From assembly GCA_963707985.1 (NCBI GenBank), contig CAVPRW010000010.1, positions 1 to 64,000 of the forward strand: a stretch of DNA of 64,000 nucleotides, read 5' to 3'. The DNA comes from an uncultured Nitrospinota bacterium (GTDB taxonomy: Bacteria; Tectomicrobia; Entotheonellia; J063; CAVPRW01). Positions 1-8,712 of the stretch are shown in pieces; the stretch's first letter is position 1, and each line of letters begins with the position of its first letter. A program made the position numbers and the translations under genes. A model generated the notes under the pieces. That model made no database searches. It saw only the letters and a list, made by a program, of their open reading frames with translations, and had not been told where the DNA came from.

Positions 1-662
1 CCTATCCAACACGCGAGGCCCTGGCCGACGACATCGTGCTGATTCTGCGCGATGAGCTGCGCGCCCTGGCGGCAGCCGGCGCCGAGATCGTCCAATTCGA
101 TGAACCCGTCCTCACGGAGTTGGTCTTCGCCGGTAAATCAGCTACACGCACCTTCATGTGCGCCGCCCTGGCCGCCAGCGCCAGCCCGGAGGGGGAACTG
201 GAGTTTGCCGTCGATCTGATCAATCGCGTCGTCGCCGGCATCGATGGCCCGATCCTGGCCTTACATGTGTGTCGGGGCAATTGGAGTCAAAAAGAGGAAG
301 TGTTGCTCGAGGGATCGTATGATCCCCTCATCCCTTATTTCTCCCGCATGCAGATCCAGCAATTCGTACTGGAATATGCGACGCCACGGGCCGGCACCTT
401 GGAGGCCTTGCAAGCCCTACCAGCCAACGTGCAGGTCGGTTTTGGTGCGGTGAATCCGCGCACCACGGTCTTGGAGTCCCCTGAAGCGGTCGCCTCCCGC
501 GTCACCCAGCTCACCAAGCTCATCGCTCCCGAGCGCATCTACCTCAATCCTGATTGCGGCTTCGGCACGTTTGCGGATCGTCCGGTGGGAACCCCTGACG
601 TGGCGTTCAAGAAGCTGAGGGTCTTATCCCAGGCAGCAGCGCTGTTGCGGGCGGCGACGTGA
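1..662 (+). CDS. Cobalamin-independent methionine synthase II family protein (5' truncated by window)
   Basis: Motifs QFDEP, LHVCRGN, LEYATPRAG and LNPDCGFGT typical of the MetE C-terminal catalytic domain. Confidence 0.85.
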   Translation, partial: YPTREALADDIVLILRDELRALAAAGAEIVQFDEPVLTELVFAGKSATRTFMCAALAASASPEGELEFAVDLINRVVAGIDGPILALHVCRGNWSQKEEVLLEGSYDPLIPYFSRMQIQQFVLEYATPRAGTLEALQALPANVQVGFGAVNPRTTVLESPEAVASRVTQLTKLIAPERIYLNPDCGFGTFADRPVGTPDVAFKKLRVLSQAAALLRAAT

Positions 663-665
663 GAT

Positions 666-1553
666 ATGAATCTCGACCTACCCACCTGTGGCCCAACCAA
701 ACCGGCCGCCTCGGGACACTTACATTGGCAAGTACGGCGTACTTATTCCTGGGTGGTCGTGGCCGGGATCATCGCCCTGATCATCTGGAGTGCCATTGGG
801 ACCGGAGCCGATCTGCGTGTGTTCTTATACCGTGACGCGTGGTTCCAGATGGGTACGTTTGTGAATGGCCTTTTCCCCCCCGACCTCTCGGCAAAATTCC
901 TGCGAGGCACGCTCTGGAGCGGTGTCGAAACCCTGGCGTTGTCGCTCATGGGCACGGTCCTGGCCGTGCTCATTGCACTACCTCTGGGAATCGTCTCCAG
1001 CCGAACCGTTCTCGGTGATATCCACAGCGGCGCTGACAGGCGGTTGCGACCCGGTGCCCGTCTGTTGCGAGCGATTCCCTACTGGGGGAGCACGCTGGGA
1101 CTCAATCTGCTGCGTTCCATTCCAGAGCTCTTCTGGGCGCTCATCTTCATTCTAGCCGTTGGGCTTGGGCCGTTTGCGGGGGTGCTGGCGCTGGGGTTTC
1201 ACACGGGGGGCGTGCTCGGCAAACTCTTCTCGGAGGTCATCGAGGACGTCAATCCACAGCCGATCGAGGCGTTGCAGAGCACGGGTGCTTCCATGGCCGT
1301 GGTGCTCGCTTATGGGATCTTTCCTCTGGCCCTGCCGCAGTTAGTCTCCTACACCCTGTACCGCTGGGAGGTGAATATTCGCGCTGCCGCCATCATCGGG
1401 GTCGTGGGCGCAGGCGGCATCGGCCGGGATATTTACGTAGCGATCAGCCTGTTCCAGTATCAGCGACTCCTGACCCTGTTGTTGATGACGTTGATCATCG
1501 TCACCCTGGTGGACTATCTCAGCGCCTGGGTGCGAGCCCTGCAGCGCGTGTGA
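666..1553 (+). CDS. phnE: Phosphonate-type ABC transporter permease (PhnE/PtxC family)
   Basis: LRSIPELFWALIF..AVGLGPFAGVLAL, GKLFSE and YRWEVNIRAAAIIGVVGAGGIG signatures; hydrophobic helices. Confidence 0.85.
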   Translation: MNLDLPTCGPTKPAASGHLHWQVRRTYSWVVVAGIIALIIWSAIGTGADLRVFLYRDAWFQMGTFVNGLFPPDLSAKFLRGTLWSGVETLALSLMGTVLAVLIALPLGIVSSRTVLGDIHSGADRRLRPGARLLRAIPYWGSTLGLNLLRSIPELFWALIFILAVGLGPFAGVLALGFHTGGVLGKLFSEVIEDVNPQPIEALQSTGASMAVVLAYGIFPLALPQLVSYTLYRWEVNIRAAAIIGVVGAGGIGRDIYVAISLFQYQRLLTLLLMTLIIVTLVDYLSAWVRALQRV

Positions 1554-2153
1554 GGCCGTCGTCGGCGACGTCTTTCGGCCGAGCTTGGCGAGGGCCGTAT
1601 CAACCAGGCGCTCATAATAAGCCTTTCGCAGGTCGAGATCGCCGATCAACTGGCGGATGCGCTGACGCTCTCGGCCAAGCTTCTCTAGCAGTCTGCCATA
1701 TTCAGGGCCGTAGGCCTCTTCGAGTTGCAGGCGAATCCGTTTGGCCAGCGTCGGGCTGTGCCCACCAGTCGAGATGGCGATTTGCAGTGCACCACGCCGC
1801 ACGATGGCTGGGGCGATGAAATCACAGGCTTCTGGCGTATCGACGATATTCACCCAGACGTCATGTGCCCGTGCCGCTTTGCACACGGCCGCATTGACCT
1901 CCGCTTGATCGGTAGCGCCGATGACCAGCGTACAACCCAGAACATCGTCGGTGCGAAAGGATCGAGACTGATAGGTCATGAGGCCCTGCGCCACCAGGGT
2001 CGCCAGGGCCTCACAGAGCGCAGGGCTGACTACCTCAACTAGCGCGTCAGCGTCGAGCAACCCCTGTACCTTACGCGTGGCTATTTCCCCTCCACCAACC
2101 ACCAGGCAGCGTTTCCCTTGTAAATCAACGAACATTGGATAATAACTCGGCAT
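1341..2153 (-). CDS. Precorrin-2 dehydrogenase / sirohydrochlorin ferrochelatase (CysG N-terminal, SirC/Met8p-like)
   Basis: YYPMFVDL..K.CLVVGGGEIA.RK, NIVDTPEACDF..PAIVRRG.LQIAISTGG.SP; ATG at 2153; tail overlaps phnE. Confidence 0.85.
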   Translation of the reverse strand: MPSYYPMFVDLQGKRCLVVGGGEIATRKVQGLLDADALVEVVSPALCEALATLVAQGLMTYQSRSFRTDDVLGCTLVIGATDQAEVNAAVCKAARAHDVWVNIVDTPEACDFIAPAIVRRGALQIAISTGGHSPTLAKRIRLQLEEAYGPEYGRLLEKLGRERQRIRQLIGDLDLRKAYYERLVDTALAKLGRKTSPTTASHALQGSHPGAEIVHQGDDDQRHQQQGQESLILEQADRYVNIPADAACAHDPDDGGSANIHLPAVQGVGD

Positions 2154-2283
2154 ATCCCCCTCACCCTGCCCCCCTCCCAGCGGGAGCAGGCATACCATTG
2201 AGGCGCTTCACCCGGTGCTTTGGTTCCTAAAGGTAGATCACCAACGTAGGTTACGCTGCAGCATCACCCTCCGTCAATGCTCT

Positions 2284-4008
2284 TCAGCGCGCCGGCACGC
2301 GCTGCTGGAGTTGGTCGGCCCCGAGGCGATAGCAAAAGTCACTGAAGCTTTCGACCGACAGCCCTTCGCGTCGATAGAGGCTGAATAGGCCCTTAATAGT
2401 GGGGCCAACGTCATCATCGCGCACGCGCTGGCGGAACGGTAACGCCAACCGCGGTGTCGTCCCATCCATGGCTCCACCGATGCGGATATCAAAGTATTCA
2501 TGCCCATCAGCCTGGCGTTTGAGGGCTCCCCATAGCCCGATGCCACCGATCGCAGAAAACGCGCAGGAGTTCGGGCACCCGGTAATGTTGATGGGGACAG
2601 GGAGGTCGCCATACCCGGCATTTTCCAGCTCAAGCAAGAGTTGGGGCAGAAAAAGCTTGGCCTCGGTGAAAGAAAGCGGGCAATAACGCGCCACCTCGCC
2701 GGGGAAATCCAGTGATGCTGTGTGATACACACCGACACAGGCGTGCGCCTGGGCGCGCAAGGGAGAGACGGCATCCTCGGTGGGGATGCCGTGGTCATCG
2801 AGTCGCTGCCTGATATCGGAAATGTCACCGGCCGCAATATCCGTCAGTATTAGATCCTGATTGACACTAAAGCGCACGCCAAGGTGATAGTCCCGCACCA
2901 GGTTGCGGAAAAATACCAGGTTGCTGCCACCCAGAGCTTTATCATGCTTGCCGGTTACTTGACCGTCCTCGCTAATCTCGCCATTGGCGATCGGCAGGCC
3001 CCAGTAGAATCGGCCTGGTTGGCGTTGGGCATGCAAACCCAAGTGGGTGGCGACACGGTAATGAGGGATGGGACGCGGTAACGCCAGCTCAATTCCCATG
3101 CCTTGTTGGGTTAGCCGCTCATAGACTGCATCCCTGAACTGTTCGATCCCCCAGCGCTCCACCAGATATTTGAGCCGTGCCTGCTTGCGATTCTCGCGAT
3201 TACCGTGATCGCGCTGGACTTCGACGATGGCTTGTACCACTGGGAGGACATGCTCCTCTGCTACCATACCGAGTGGTTGGCCCAAAGACGGGTGGGTCGA
3301 CGGCTTCAGCGGTGTGCTACCGAGCCCTCCCCCAACCAGCACGTTAAAGCCATCGATCCCGGAAGGGGAGGCAGGGTTGACCACAGCGATGAGCCCGACG
3401 TCATTAGTGTGTGGGAACGTGCAGTTATCCGTCGAGAGGGCCACCCCAATCTTGAATTTCCTGGGTAAGAGCGCCTCGCCATAGATGGGATTGACGGCGG
3501 GAAGGTCTGGAGGCATCAACTTCTCGGGTACAAAAATCTCAAAATAGGCCGGGGCATTGAGGAGGAAGGCATCCGAGAGGCGTTTGGTCACCGCGTGGGT
3601 GTCGTATGGAGAGTCGTGATCGAGATCGCTCACTGGGCAGGTGGTAACGTTCCGTACGACATCGCCACAGGCGCCTTGCGTGGTGCTCCACAGGCTGTCA
3701 AGGAGGCTGATAATGTCACGTAGATGCTGGGCACGGACGTTGTGGAACTGCACATCCTGGCGTGTGGTGATCATGAACTGACTGTTCGCATGGCGCAGGG
3801 CGATCTCACTGACTGCCAGGTATTGTTCCGTGGTAAACCGCCCGCCGGGGATCTTCAGGCGCACCATATTGCCTTCTTGTTGCTGGTAGATGCCAAAATG
3901 CTTCATCCGTTGGGCATCATCTTTGGCGAAACGCGCTTCGTCCCGCTCGATCGTGCCTGCGATCCCACCCGCTAATCCCTGCCGCTTCAGGACTTCCACC
4001 GATGCCAT
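2284..4008 (-). CDS. Sulfite (or nitrite) reductase hemoprotein subunit, siroheme/[4Fe-4S]
   Basis: MVRLKIPGG, ITTRQDVQFH, GACGDVVRNV, LPRKFKIG, RKQARLKYL and TGCPNSC; next to a siroheme gene. Confidence 0.9.
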   Translation of the reverse strand: MASVEVLKRQGLAGGIAGTIERDEARFAKDDAQRMKHFGIYQQQEGNMVRLKIPGGRFTTEQYLAVSEIALRHANSQFMITTRQDVQFHNVRAQHLRDIISLLDSLWSTTQGACGDVVRNVTTCPVSDLDHDSPYDTHAVTKRLSDAFLLNAPAYFEIFVPEKLMPPDLPAVNPIYGEALLPRKFKIGVALSTDNCTFPHTNDVGLIAVVNPASPSGIDGFNVLVGGGLGSTPLKPSTHPSLGQPLGMVAEEHVLPVVQAIVEVQRDHGNRENRKQARLKYLVERWGIEQFRDAVYERLTQQGMGIELALPRPIPHYRVATHLGLHAQRQPGRFYWGLPIANGEISEDGQVTGKHDKALGGSNLVFFRNLVRDYHLGVRFSVNQDLILTDIAAGDISDIRQRLDDHGIPTEDAVSPLRAQAHACVGVYHTASLDFPGEVARYCPLSFTEAKLFLPQLLLELENAGYGDLPVPINITGCPNSCAFSAIGGIGLWGALKRQADGHEYFDIRIGGAMDGTTPRLALPFRQRVRDDDVGPTIKGLFSLYRREGLSVESFSDFCYRLGADQLQQRVPAR

Positions 4009-4028
4009 GGATGTTCTCCCCTATCATG

Positions 4029-4060
4029 AAAAAAAGGCTAAGGGCAACCGTCCCTTAGCC
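4029..4060 (-). terminator. Intrinsic terminator / attenuator hairpin upstream of the sulfite reductase gene
   Basis: Minus strand GGCTAAGGG-ACGGTTG-CCCTTAGCC followed by T7, about 20 nt before the ATG at 4008. Confidence 0.8.
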
Positions 4061-4103
4061 TCCAGATGTCTGGTCAGCTGTATTTCCCGTCAAGACTCGT
4101 GGA

Positions 4104-4265
4104 TCACACCAGACGAATTCTCTCGACCTTATCGATTTGGACCACTTTCGAATCTTGTATGACGATCTGTACCGACCCGTGGTGAATCTCGCGAATGGCA
4201 TGAAGTATCAGCCGAATCACCTGAGCTTCCTCAGGCCGCAGTTCCTGTGCAGGTGGATTTTGCAT
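4104..4265 (-). CDS. Small YezD/DUF2292 (OscA-like, sulfur-starvation) protein, 53 aa, absent from the ORF track
   Basis: Hand translation MQNPPAQELRPEEAQVIRLILHAIREIHHGSVQIVIQDSKVVQIDKVERIRLV*, carrying the GSVQI.IQD.KVVQI..E..R signature; directly upstream of sulfur genes. Confidence 0.85.
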   Translation of the reverse strand: MQNPPAQELRPEEAQVIRLILHAIREIHHGSVQIVIQDSKVVQIDKVERIRLV

Positions 4266-4326
4266 CAGCTACCCTGCCCCTGTGTGGGTCTTAAAAAAAT
4301 CATAACCTCCCAGACGTCGAGAGATA

Positions 4327-4355
4327 AAAATAAAATACCCGAAGAAATATGTCAA
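4327..4355 (-). promoter_or_regulatory. Putative sigma70 promoter for the yezD-sulfite reductase unit
   Basis: TTGACA-N17-TATTTT on the minus strand in an AT-rich intergenic region. Confidence 0.45.
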
Positions 4356-4459
4356 GAATTTTTTATTAGACTGTGTAGTTCTCCTAGCTAAACAAAATTG
4401 AAGGCGGGAAAATCAATGGAGTACTTCGGCACTCGATAGCTAAACGGTGAACAGGAAAA

Positions 4460-5331
4460 GGCTCAATATGCGTTTAGGGGAGCGAGGCCAGCAAGAGCTC
4501 CAGCAACGTTCCTCGTAACGCTTTGCCTCGTCGTCTCACCTTGTGGACAAACTCAAAGCACCCCCAATACCGTGGCAAGTATTCCTGCGAGATGCCGCGA
4601 TGCGGACGCAGCCACGACCTGAGCAGCGACCAAAAGCCTTCTATCATAGTAACATGAACCGCATGCAAGCCATCGCCGTCGTCATCCCGTGCGTCTCCGC
4701 CACGCCCATGACAGACCGGTTGGTGCGCACAACCCCACGGCTCCAAGCGGCTATGGATATCGTATGCATCAAGGTCAATACAGGTACCCGGTGCAGTCGC
4801 GGCTTCGATGAATGACTTGATCGTGATGTGTTGGACGGTTTCCACCAGACGAATGATCACCTCACCACCACGGTGCATCATCCCGAAGATCGGAGGTTTC
4901 TCGGTGGCAAGCGTCCCTCGTCCCTGCTGGTCCTTGAGCCGCCTGCGCCGTCCGCGTCGCCCTTGTTTACCACCTCATCAGGCTTGCCCTTGTGACCAGC
5001 AACCATGTCGACCTCGTCACATTCGACCCCCTCTCGTAGGGTCCGGATTGGGCTTCTTCGTGACCATACCTTGGCGCCGCCGACGGGTTATCTGATGTAC
5101 ATCGTCTTTGTTGCGGTCGAGTGCTTGAGCCATGTGGTGGGTCAAGAGGTTGACTCCCATGAAGTACAGACACAGAATCCAGAGCCGCAGAGGTTGATGA
5201 GGACCAGCAAAACTCGTCTCAGTCACGTCGTTGAAGCGTCGGCGACAGGACTTGCCATGGTAAGCGCTGACGCTCGGGTTGGGTCTCGTCGGGCCTCGCT
5301 CTCTCTAAAAAACCCTTGACCCCGGAAGTCA
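4460..5331 (-). mobile_element. IS1595-family transposase remnant (fragmented)
   Basis: EGFWSLLRSWLRPHRGISQ..LP.Y and LCLYFMG.NL...MAQALD.NKDDVHQ fragments; terminal GGCTCAATATG at 4460. Confidence 0.8.
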
Positions 5332-5390
5332 TATCAACGCCTGGCATGAGTCGCGTGCTTCAGCGCGTCGGTTCCATGCCTTGGTTAGGC
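5332..5390 (-). repeat. Integron attC site 1 (59 bp)
   Basis: Minus strand GCCTAAC-caaggcatggaaccgacgcg...cgcgactcatgccaggc-GTTGATA; the stop codon of the upstream gene lies inside R''. Confidence 0.8.
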
Positions 5391-5897
5391 CTCCTTTGCG
5401 CGAGCCAGGAATCTCTTGACCTCTGCCTGAGACCGCAACCAGATGACCTTCTTGCTCTGTGCACTCTCCCTTAACATCTCTGTAATCTGCGGCCTCGTCC
5501 TGCTTTTGTAACGCCACACCCAACGTATGAACCCCAAGTCTAGCCGTTCCCGACACCCTTCAGCCATATCCGGCCTGGTCCTGCTTCGGTACAGTATCTG
5601 CCGCTTCAGCACACGCCATAAACAGATCGGGAGCGCTATATCTAAGAAAATTACCGTGTCACACTTCCCAATCCTTAGGTCAAGCGTATTCGAGTAATTC
5701 CCGTCGATGATCCACGCTTCTCGCCTCAGCACCTCTTCGATGACTTTCCGCCACTCGGCTCTTGGCGTTTCAATCCATCCAGGATGCCAATAGAGCGCAT
5801 CCAGATGGATGACGTCGATGTTGAGGAGGGTACCCAAATGTCTGGCAAAGGTGGATTTGCCCGCCCCACCTGAGCCAATGACGAGAACTTTCCTCAT
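5385..5897 (-). CDS. Cassette gene: FlaR-like P-loop kinase (DNA topology modulation / adenylate kinase-like)
   Basis: MRKVLVIGSGGAGKST, HLDALYWHPGW, WIIDGNY and RPDMAEGC. Confidence 0.85.
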   Translation of the reverse strand: MRKVLVIGSGGAGKSTFARHLGTLLNIDVIHLDALYWHPGWIETPRAEWRKVIEEVLRREAWIIDGNYSNTLDLRIGKCDTVIFLDIALPICLWRVLKRQILYRSRTRPDMAEGCRERLDLGFIRWVWRYKSRTRPQITEMLRESAQSKKVIWLRSQAEVKRFLARAKEA

Positions 5898-5951
5898 GTT
5901 TTTCCTAGTACTGGCATGGCCATCTCGCGCCCCGTTAAGCCGCCTGCGGCG

Positions 5952-6063
5952 GCTTAACGGCCAGGCGTCAGCGGCGGGGGCAAAAACACTTCCGACTTCT
6001 GACTGGCCACCAAGCCGCCCACCGCCGCTGTCCCTTCCCGTCCGCTGCACGCCTGTGTTGGCC
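5952..6063 (-). repeat. Integron attC site 2 (112 bp)
   Basis: Minus strand GGCCAAC-acaggcgtgcagcggacg...ccgccgctgacgcctggcc-GTTAAGC, an imperfect palindrome. Confidence 0.85.
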
Positions 6064-6534
6064 ACTGCTGTCTCTCGACTGTGCGCTTGTCGGCGACAGG
6101 GTTTCGAAGGGATTGATGATTCGCACCTGATTCTCTACCACTAACCCATGTTGCATATCTTCTGAGTAGAGCACTGAAACGCCAGCATGCAAGGCACTCG
6201 AGACGATGGTGCTGTCCCAGAAAGAGAAGGCGTATTGCTTCCGTAAGGTCGAAGCCTTCAACAATAGCCCTTTGTTCACCTCGATAACCGCATACTTGGC
6301 ATAAAAAGACTCGATTAATTGCTGCACGTGCTGCTCTGAGAACTGTACTTTCTTGATCAGATTGACACACTTCATTTCATTGATCACCTGGGGACTCACA
6401 ATCACTGCACGGCTTACTTCCAGCAGGGACTGGGCACGAGCGGATTTTCTGAGATCATCCCCTTCGACGAATGCATAGAGCCAGATATTCGTGTCCACAC
6501 AACAGCTTGCAGGCTCCGTGTCAGGAACGCTCAT
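5968..6534 (-). CDS. vapC: Cassette gene: PIN-domain (VapC) toxin; the ORF runs through attC2
   Basis: VDTNIWLYAF, SPQVINE, FSFWDS.IV.SAL, LYSEDMQHG and IINPF. Confidence 0.85.
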   Translation of the reverse strand: MSVPDTEPASCCVDTNIWLYAFVEGDDLRKSARAQSLLEVSRAVIVSPQVINEMKCVNLIKKVQFSEQHVQQLIESFYAKYAVIEVNKGLLLKASTLRKQYAFSFWDSTIVSSALHAGVSVLYSEDMQHGLVVENQVRIINPFETLSPTSAQSRDSSGQHRRAADGKGQRRWAAWWPVRSRKCFCPRR

Positions 6535-6727
6535 GCATCTCATCTCTTGTGAACGGCTTGAAGTCGGCCACTTTGAGGGGGTGCTTCAGAAGCTGGTCAA
6601 TGAGGTTCCCTGTTGTACTTTCTTCCTCAGCCAGGAGGATCACCCGAACGCACTCTTTGAACCGATGTTTATACACCTCGGGGATTTCAATGGCCGTTGA
6701 GAAGATCGCCGCCAAGGAACACGCCAT
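6521..6727 (-). CDS. Putative antitoxin of the PIN toxin (N-terminus probably replaced by a deletion junction)
   Basis: IEIPE.Y..RF...VRVILL..E...LIDQLL.HPLKV..FKPFTRDEMHER; overlaps the toxin start. Confidence 0.6.
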   Translation of the reverse strand: MACSLAAIFSTAIEIPEVYKHRFKECVRVILLAEEESTTGNLIDQLLKHPLKVADFKPFTRDEMHERS

Positions 6728-6751
6728 GGCCGCCGCGTGAGTGTACCAATC

Positions 6752-6940
6752 TCATGTGGACCGATTTAGGTGTCCATCGGATTCGAGTGCGCGACGAAGC
6801 TCGCGGCGCGTGTGGGCTACGAGGGTTTTTGCTGTTGGCGCTGGGCCCCAAATCAGGATCGATACCGGTACGGCTGCAATCTTCGCCAGGGTCTGTCGCC
6901 GTCGTTGCTCGACAACTGCCTCAAACGAGTCATCACTCAT
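6752..6940 (-). pseudogene. Truncated hypothetical cassette gene
   Basis: Short ORF just downstream of attC3 R', ending abruptly near the antitoxin. Confidence 0.4.
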
Positions 6941-7016
6941 TCACGATCCTCCGCCTATGTCGGGAGACTTACTATGACTCTACATACTCCCATCCACCAT
7001 CCCTACGCACGATGTG

Positions 7017-7081
7017 GCCGAACGCAACAGCTCAGCGGCGCGGCGGCTGTCTGCCGCGTCCGCTGCAGTGCCTGGTTAGCG
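7017..7081 (-). repeat. Integron attC site 3 (65 bp)
   Basis: Minus strand CGCTAAC-caggcactgcagcggacgcggcagacagccgccgcgccgctgagctgttgc-GTTCGGC. Confidence 0.9.
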
Positions 7082-7093
7082 GCTACCCTACGT

Positions 7094-7399
7094 CTAGCCC
7101 ACTGAAACATGGGTCTTGACTTCCCTCGCCAGCCTATCCCCCAGCACATCCATCGCCACATCTAAGTCGTAATCCGCTTGCAATCCCAGCCAGAACTGCG
7201 GTGATGTGCCAAAGTACCGGGCTAGCCTGAGTGCCGTATCCGCGGTGATGCTCCGTTTCCTGAGCACAATCTCGTTAATTCGCCGCGGGTGCACCCCGAC
7301 ATCCAACGCGAGGCGGTTCTGGCTCAGTTGCATGGGCTTGAGAAACTCCTCCAGCAACACCTCTCCCGGATGCACAGGATGTAGTCTATCCTCCTTCAT
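7094..7399 (-). CDS. higA: Cassette gene: HigA family antitoxin (HTH)
   Basis: PVHPGEVLLEEFL.P..LSQ.RLA..RINEI...KRSITADTALRLARYFGTSPQFWL.LQ..YDL. Confidence 0.95.
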   Translation of the reverse strand: MKEDRLHPVHPGEVLLEEFLKPMQLSQNRLALDVGVHPRRINEIVLRKRSITADTALRLARYFGTSPQFWLGLQADYDLDVAMDVLGDRLAREVKTHVSVG

Positions 7400-7411
7400 G
7401 ACGACCATCTC

Positions 7412-7693
7412 CTAGTGGTAATCGACCATCTCGACGTCGTAGGCGTCACCATCGCGCCACGCAAAGCAGACGCGCCAGCGGTCATTGATCCGAATGCTGT
7501 ATTGTCCCGCTCGATCCCCCTCCAGCTTTTCCAGCCGATTAGCCGGGGGAACCTGCAGATCATTGAGGGCATACGCGTTGTTGAGCATGCGCAGTTTCCG
7601 TACGGCCACCTGCTGGATGTCAGGCGGCAGCCTGCGGGAGCGCTGGCGGGTGAAAATCTGTTGGGTCTCACGATCCTTGAATGACTTGATCAC
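7412..7693 (-). CDS. higB: Cassette gene: HigB/RelE family toxin
   Basis: IKSFKD.ET..IF, RKLRML, DL..PP.NRLEKL.GDR.GQYSIRINDRWR.CF.W and VDYH. Confidence 0.95.
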   Translation of the reverse strand: MIKSFKDRETQQIFTRQRSRRLPPDIQQVAVRKLRMLNNAYALNDLQVPPANRLEKLEGDRAGQYSIRINDRWRVCFAWRDGDAYDVEMVDYH

Positions 7694-7699
7694 AGAAAA

Positions 7700-7728
7700 A
7701 TCATATAACGCAGAGCGCTAAACGTCAA
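7700..7728 (-). promoter_or_regulatory. Cassette-internal higBA promoter with a palindromic operator; probably leaderless
   Basis: TTGACG-N17-TATGAT ending 6 nt before GTG; TAGCG-ctctg-CGTTA palindrome in the spacer. Confidence 0.7.
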
Positions 7729-7784
7729 GCGCCATGGAGGGAGGCGCGGCTGATGCTCTCGGGGGTCGGATGGAGTAGGATCGC

Positions 7785-7866
7785 CGCTAACGCCAGGTTT
7801 CAGCCGTGCCTGGAAGCGGCAGCGCAGCGGGCGCTGTAAGGCGTCGGCTGCAAACCCTTGTTCGGC
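7785..7866 (-). repeat. Integron attC site 4 (82 bp)
   Basis: Minus strand GCCGAAC-aagggtttgcagccgacg...cggctgaaacctggc-GTTAGCG. Confidence 0.9.
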
Positions 7867-7950
7867 CCAGCTTGGGACAAGAACTCTGCTCCTCCCCCAC
7901 TGACTCTCCCATTTTGGCCTCCCTACTGCTCCAGCTTCTACCAAGCGCCC

Positions 7951-8163
7951 TTAGGCAGAAAGGACCAGGGTTTCGGTGTGCTTGTCTACGGCACGGATCA
8001 CGCGTTGGATTGCCTCAACGGCTGCCTCGTCAAAATACGCTTCGCCACACTGGAGGCACACCCACGCGGAAATGGCATCCAAGATCAAGTGATATCCTCT
8101 GCGATCAATATGAAATGGTGCACGCCCGCGCTCCATCTTGCCTTGACAATACATGCATGTCAT
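7951..8163 (-). CDS. Cassette gene: YgiT-type zinc finger (MqsA-like antitoxin)
   Basis: MTCMYCQGKM...AWVCLQCGEAYFD with two CxxC motifs. Confidence 0.85.
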   Translation of the reverse strand: MTCMYCQGKMERGRAPFHIDRRGYHLILDAISAWVCLQCGEAYFDEAAVEAIQRVIRAVDKHTETLVLSA

Positions 8164-8489
8164 GGACGTTTGCTTGTCTGAAAGTCGTCTGTCCAGACGT
8201 CTGGGTTTGGGAGGTACGCCGTGATGATGGCCAAGTACTCCGTTTTCGGCGTACAGACGACACGGAGGGGACGCCTGCCGTGCCCACACCCGAGCAGTAA
8301 GCAACTATGTCCGCGTGGATCGTCCGGATAATCTTCAATCATGCTACCTGTACGGATCACACGTCGGACTTCTGCGGCACTGATCATACGTTCAGGCCGT
8401 GACATCTGCTGCACGGCATGCGGAAGAAACAAGATTTTGATGGCCGCTGCCTGGCGAATCTGTTGCAAGATCCCCACATGAGAGTCCAT
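8160..8489 (-). CDS. Cassette gene: DUF4258 family putative toxin
   Basis: HAVQQM, IEDYPDDPRGHSCLLLG, RPL.VVC and IITAYLP.P..W..DF; paired with YgiT. Confidence 0.85.
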   Translation of the reverse strand: MDSHVGILQQIRQAAAIKILFLPHAVQQMSRPERMISAAEVRRVIRTGSMIEDYPDDPRGHSCLLLGCGHGRRPLRVVCTPKTEYLAIITAYLPNPDVWTDDFQTSKRP

Positions 8490-8542
8490 AGATGGCTATT
8501 CTATGGTCACTGGGATTCCAGTTCAACAGGAGCTTTGAAAAG

Positions 8543-8624
8543 GCCGAACGCCAGGTGTCAGGCGCGGCGAAGAGCGGGAGCGAGGGACGAGCGGACGCTG
8601 TTCGCCGTCGCCTGCACACCCTTG
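8543..8624 (-). repeat. Integron attC site 5, interrupted by IS110 (R'' remainder at 10875-10880)
   Basis: R' GTTCGGC at 8543-8549 and an arm closely similar to attC4 up to cacacccttg; resumes as tccggc after the IS. Confidence 0.8.
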
Positions 8625-8712
8625 ATACTTATTGAGGCCCCCTCCTCAGCATACCGCCGTGGTATGCTGAGAGCAGCCAAAACCCCTCATAACGCACAAG
8701 GAGGAGACCTCA

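Noticed and set aside
4060..4330. SAM-I or cobalamin riboswitch upstream of the sulfite reductase
   Set aside because: Consensus elements were not found and most of the interval is the DUF2292 ORF
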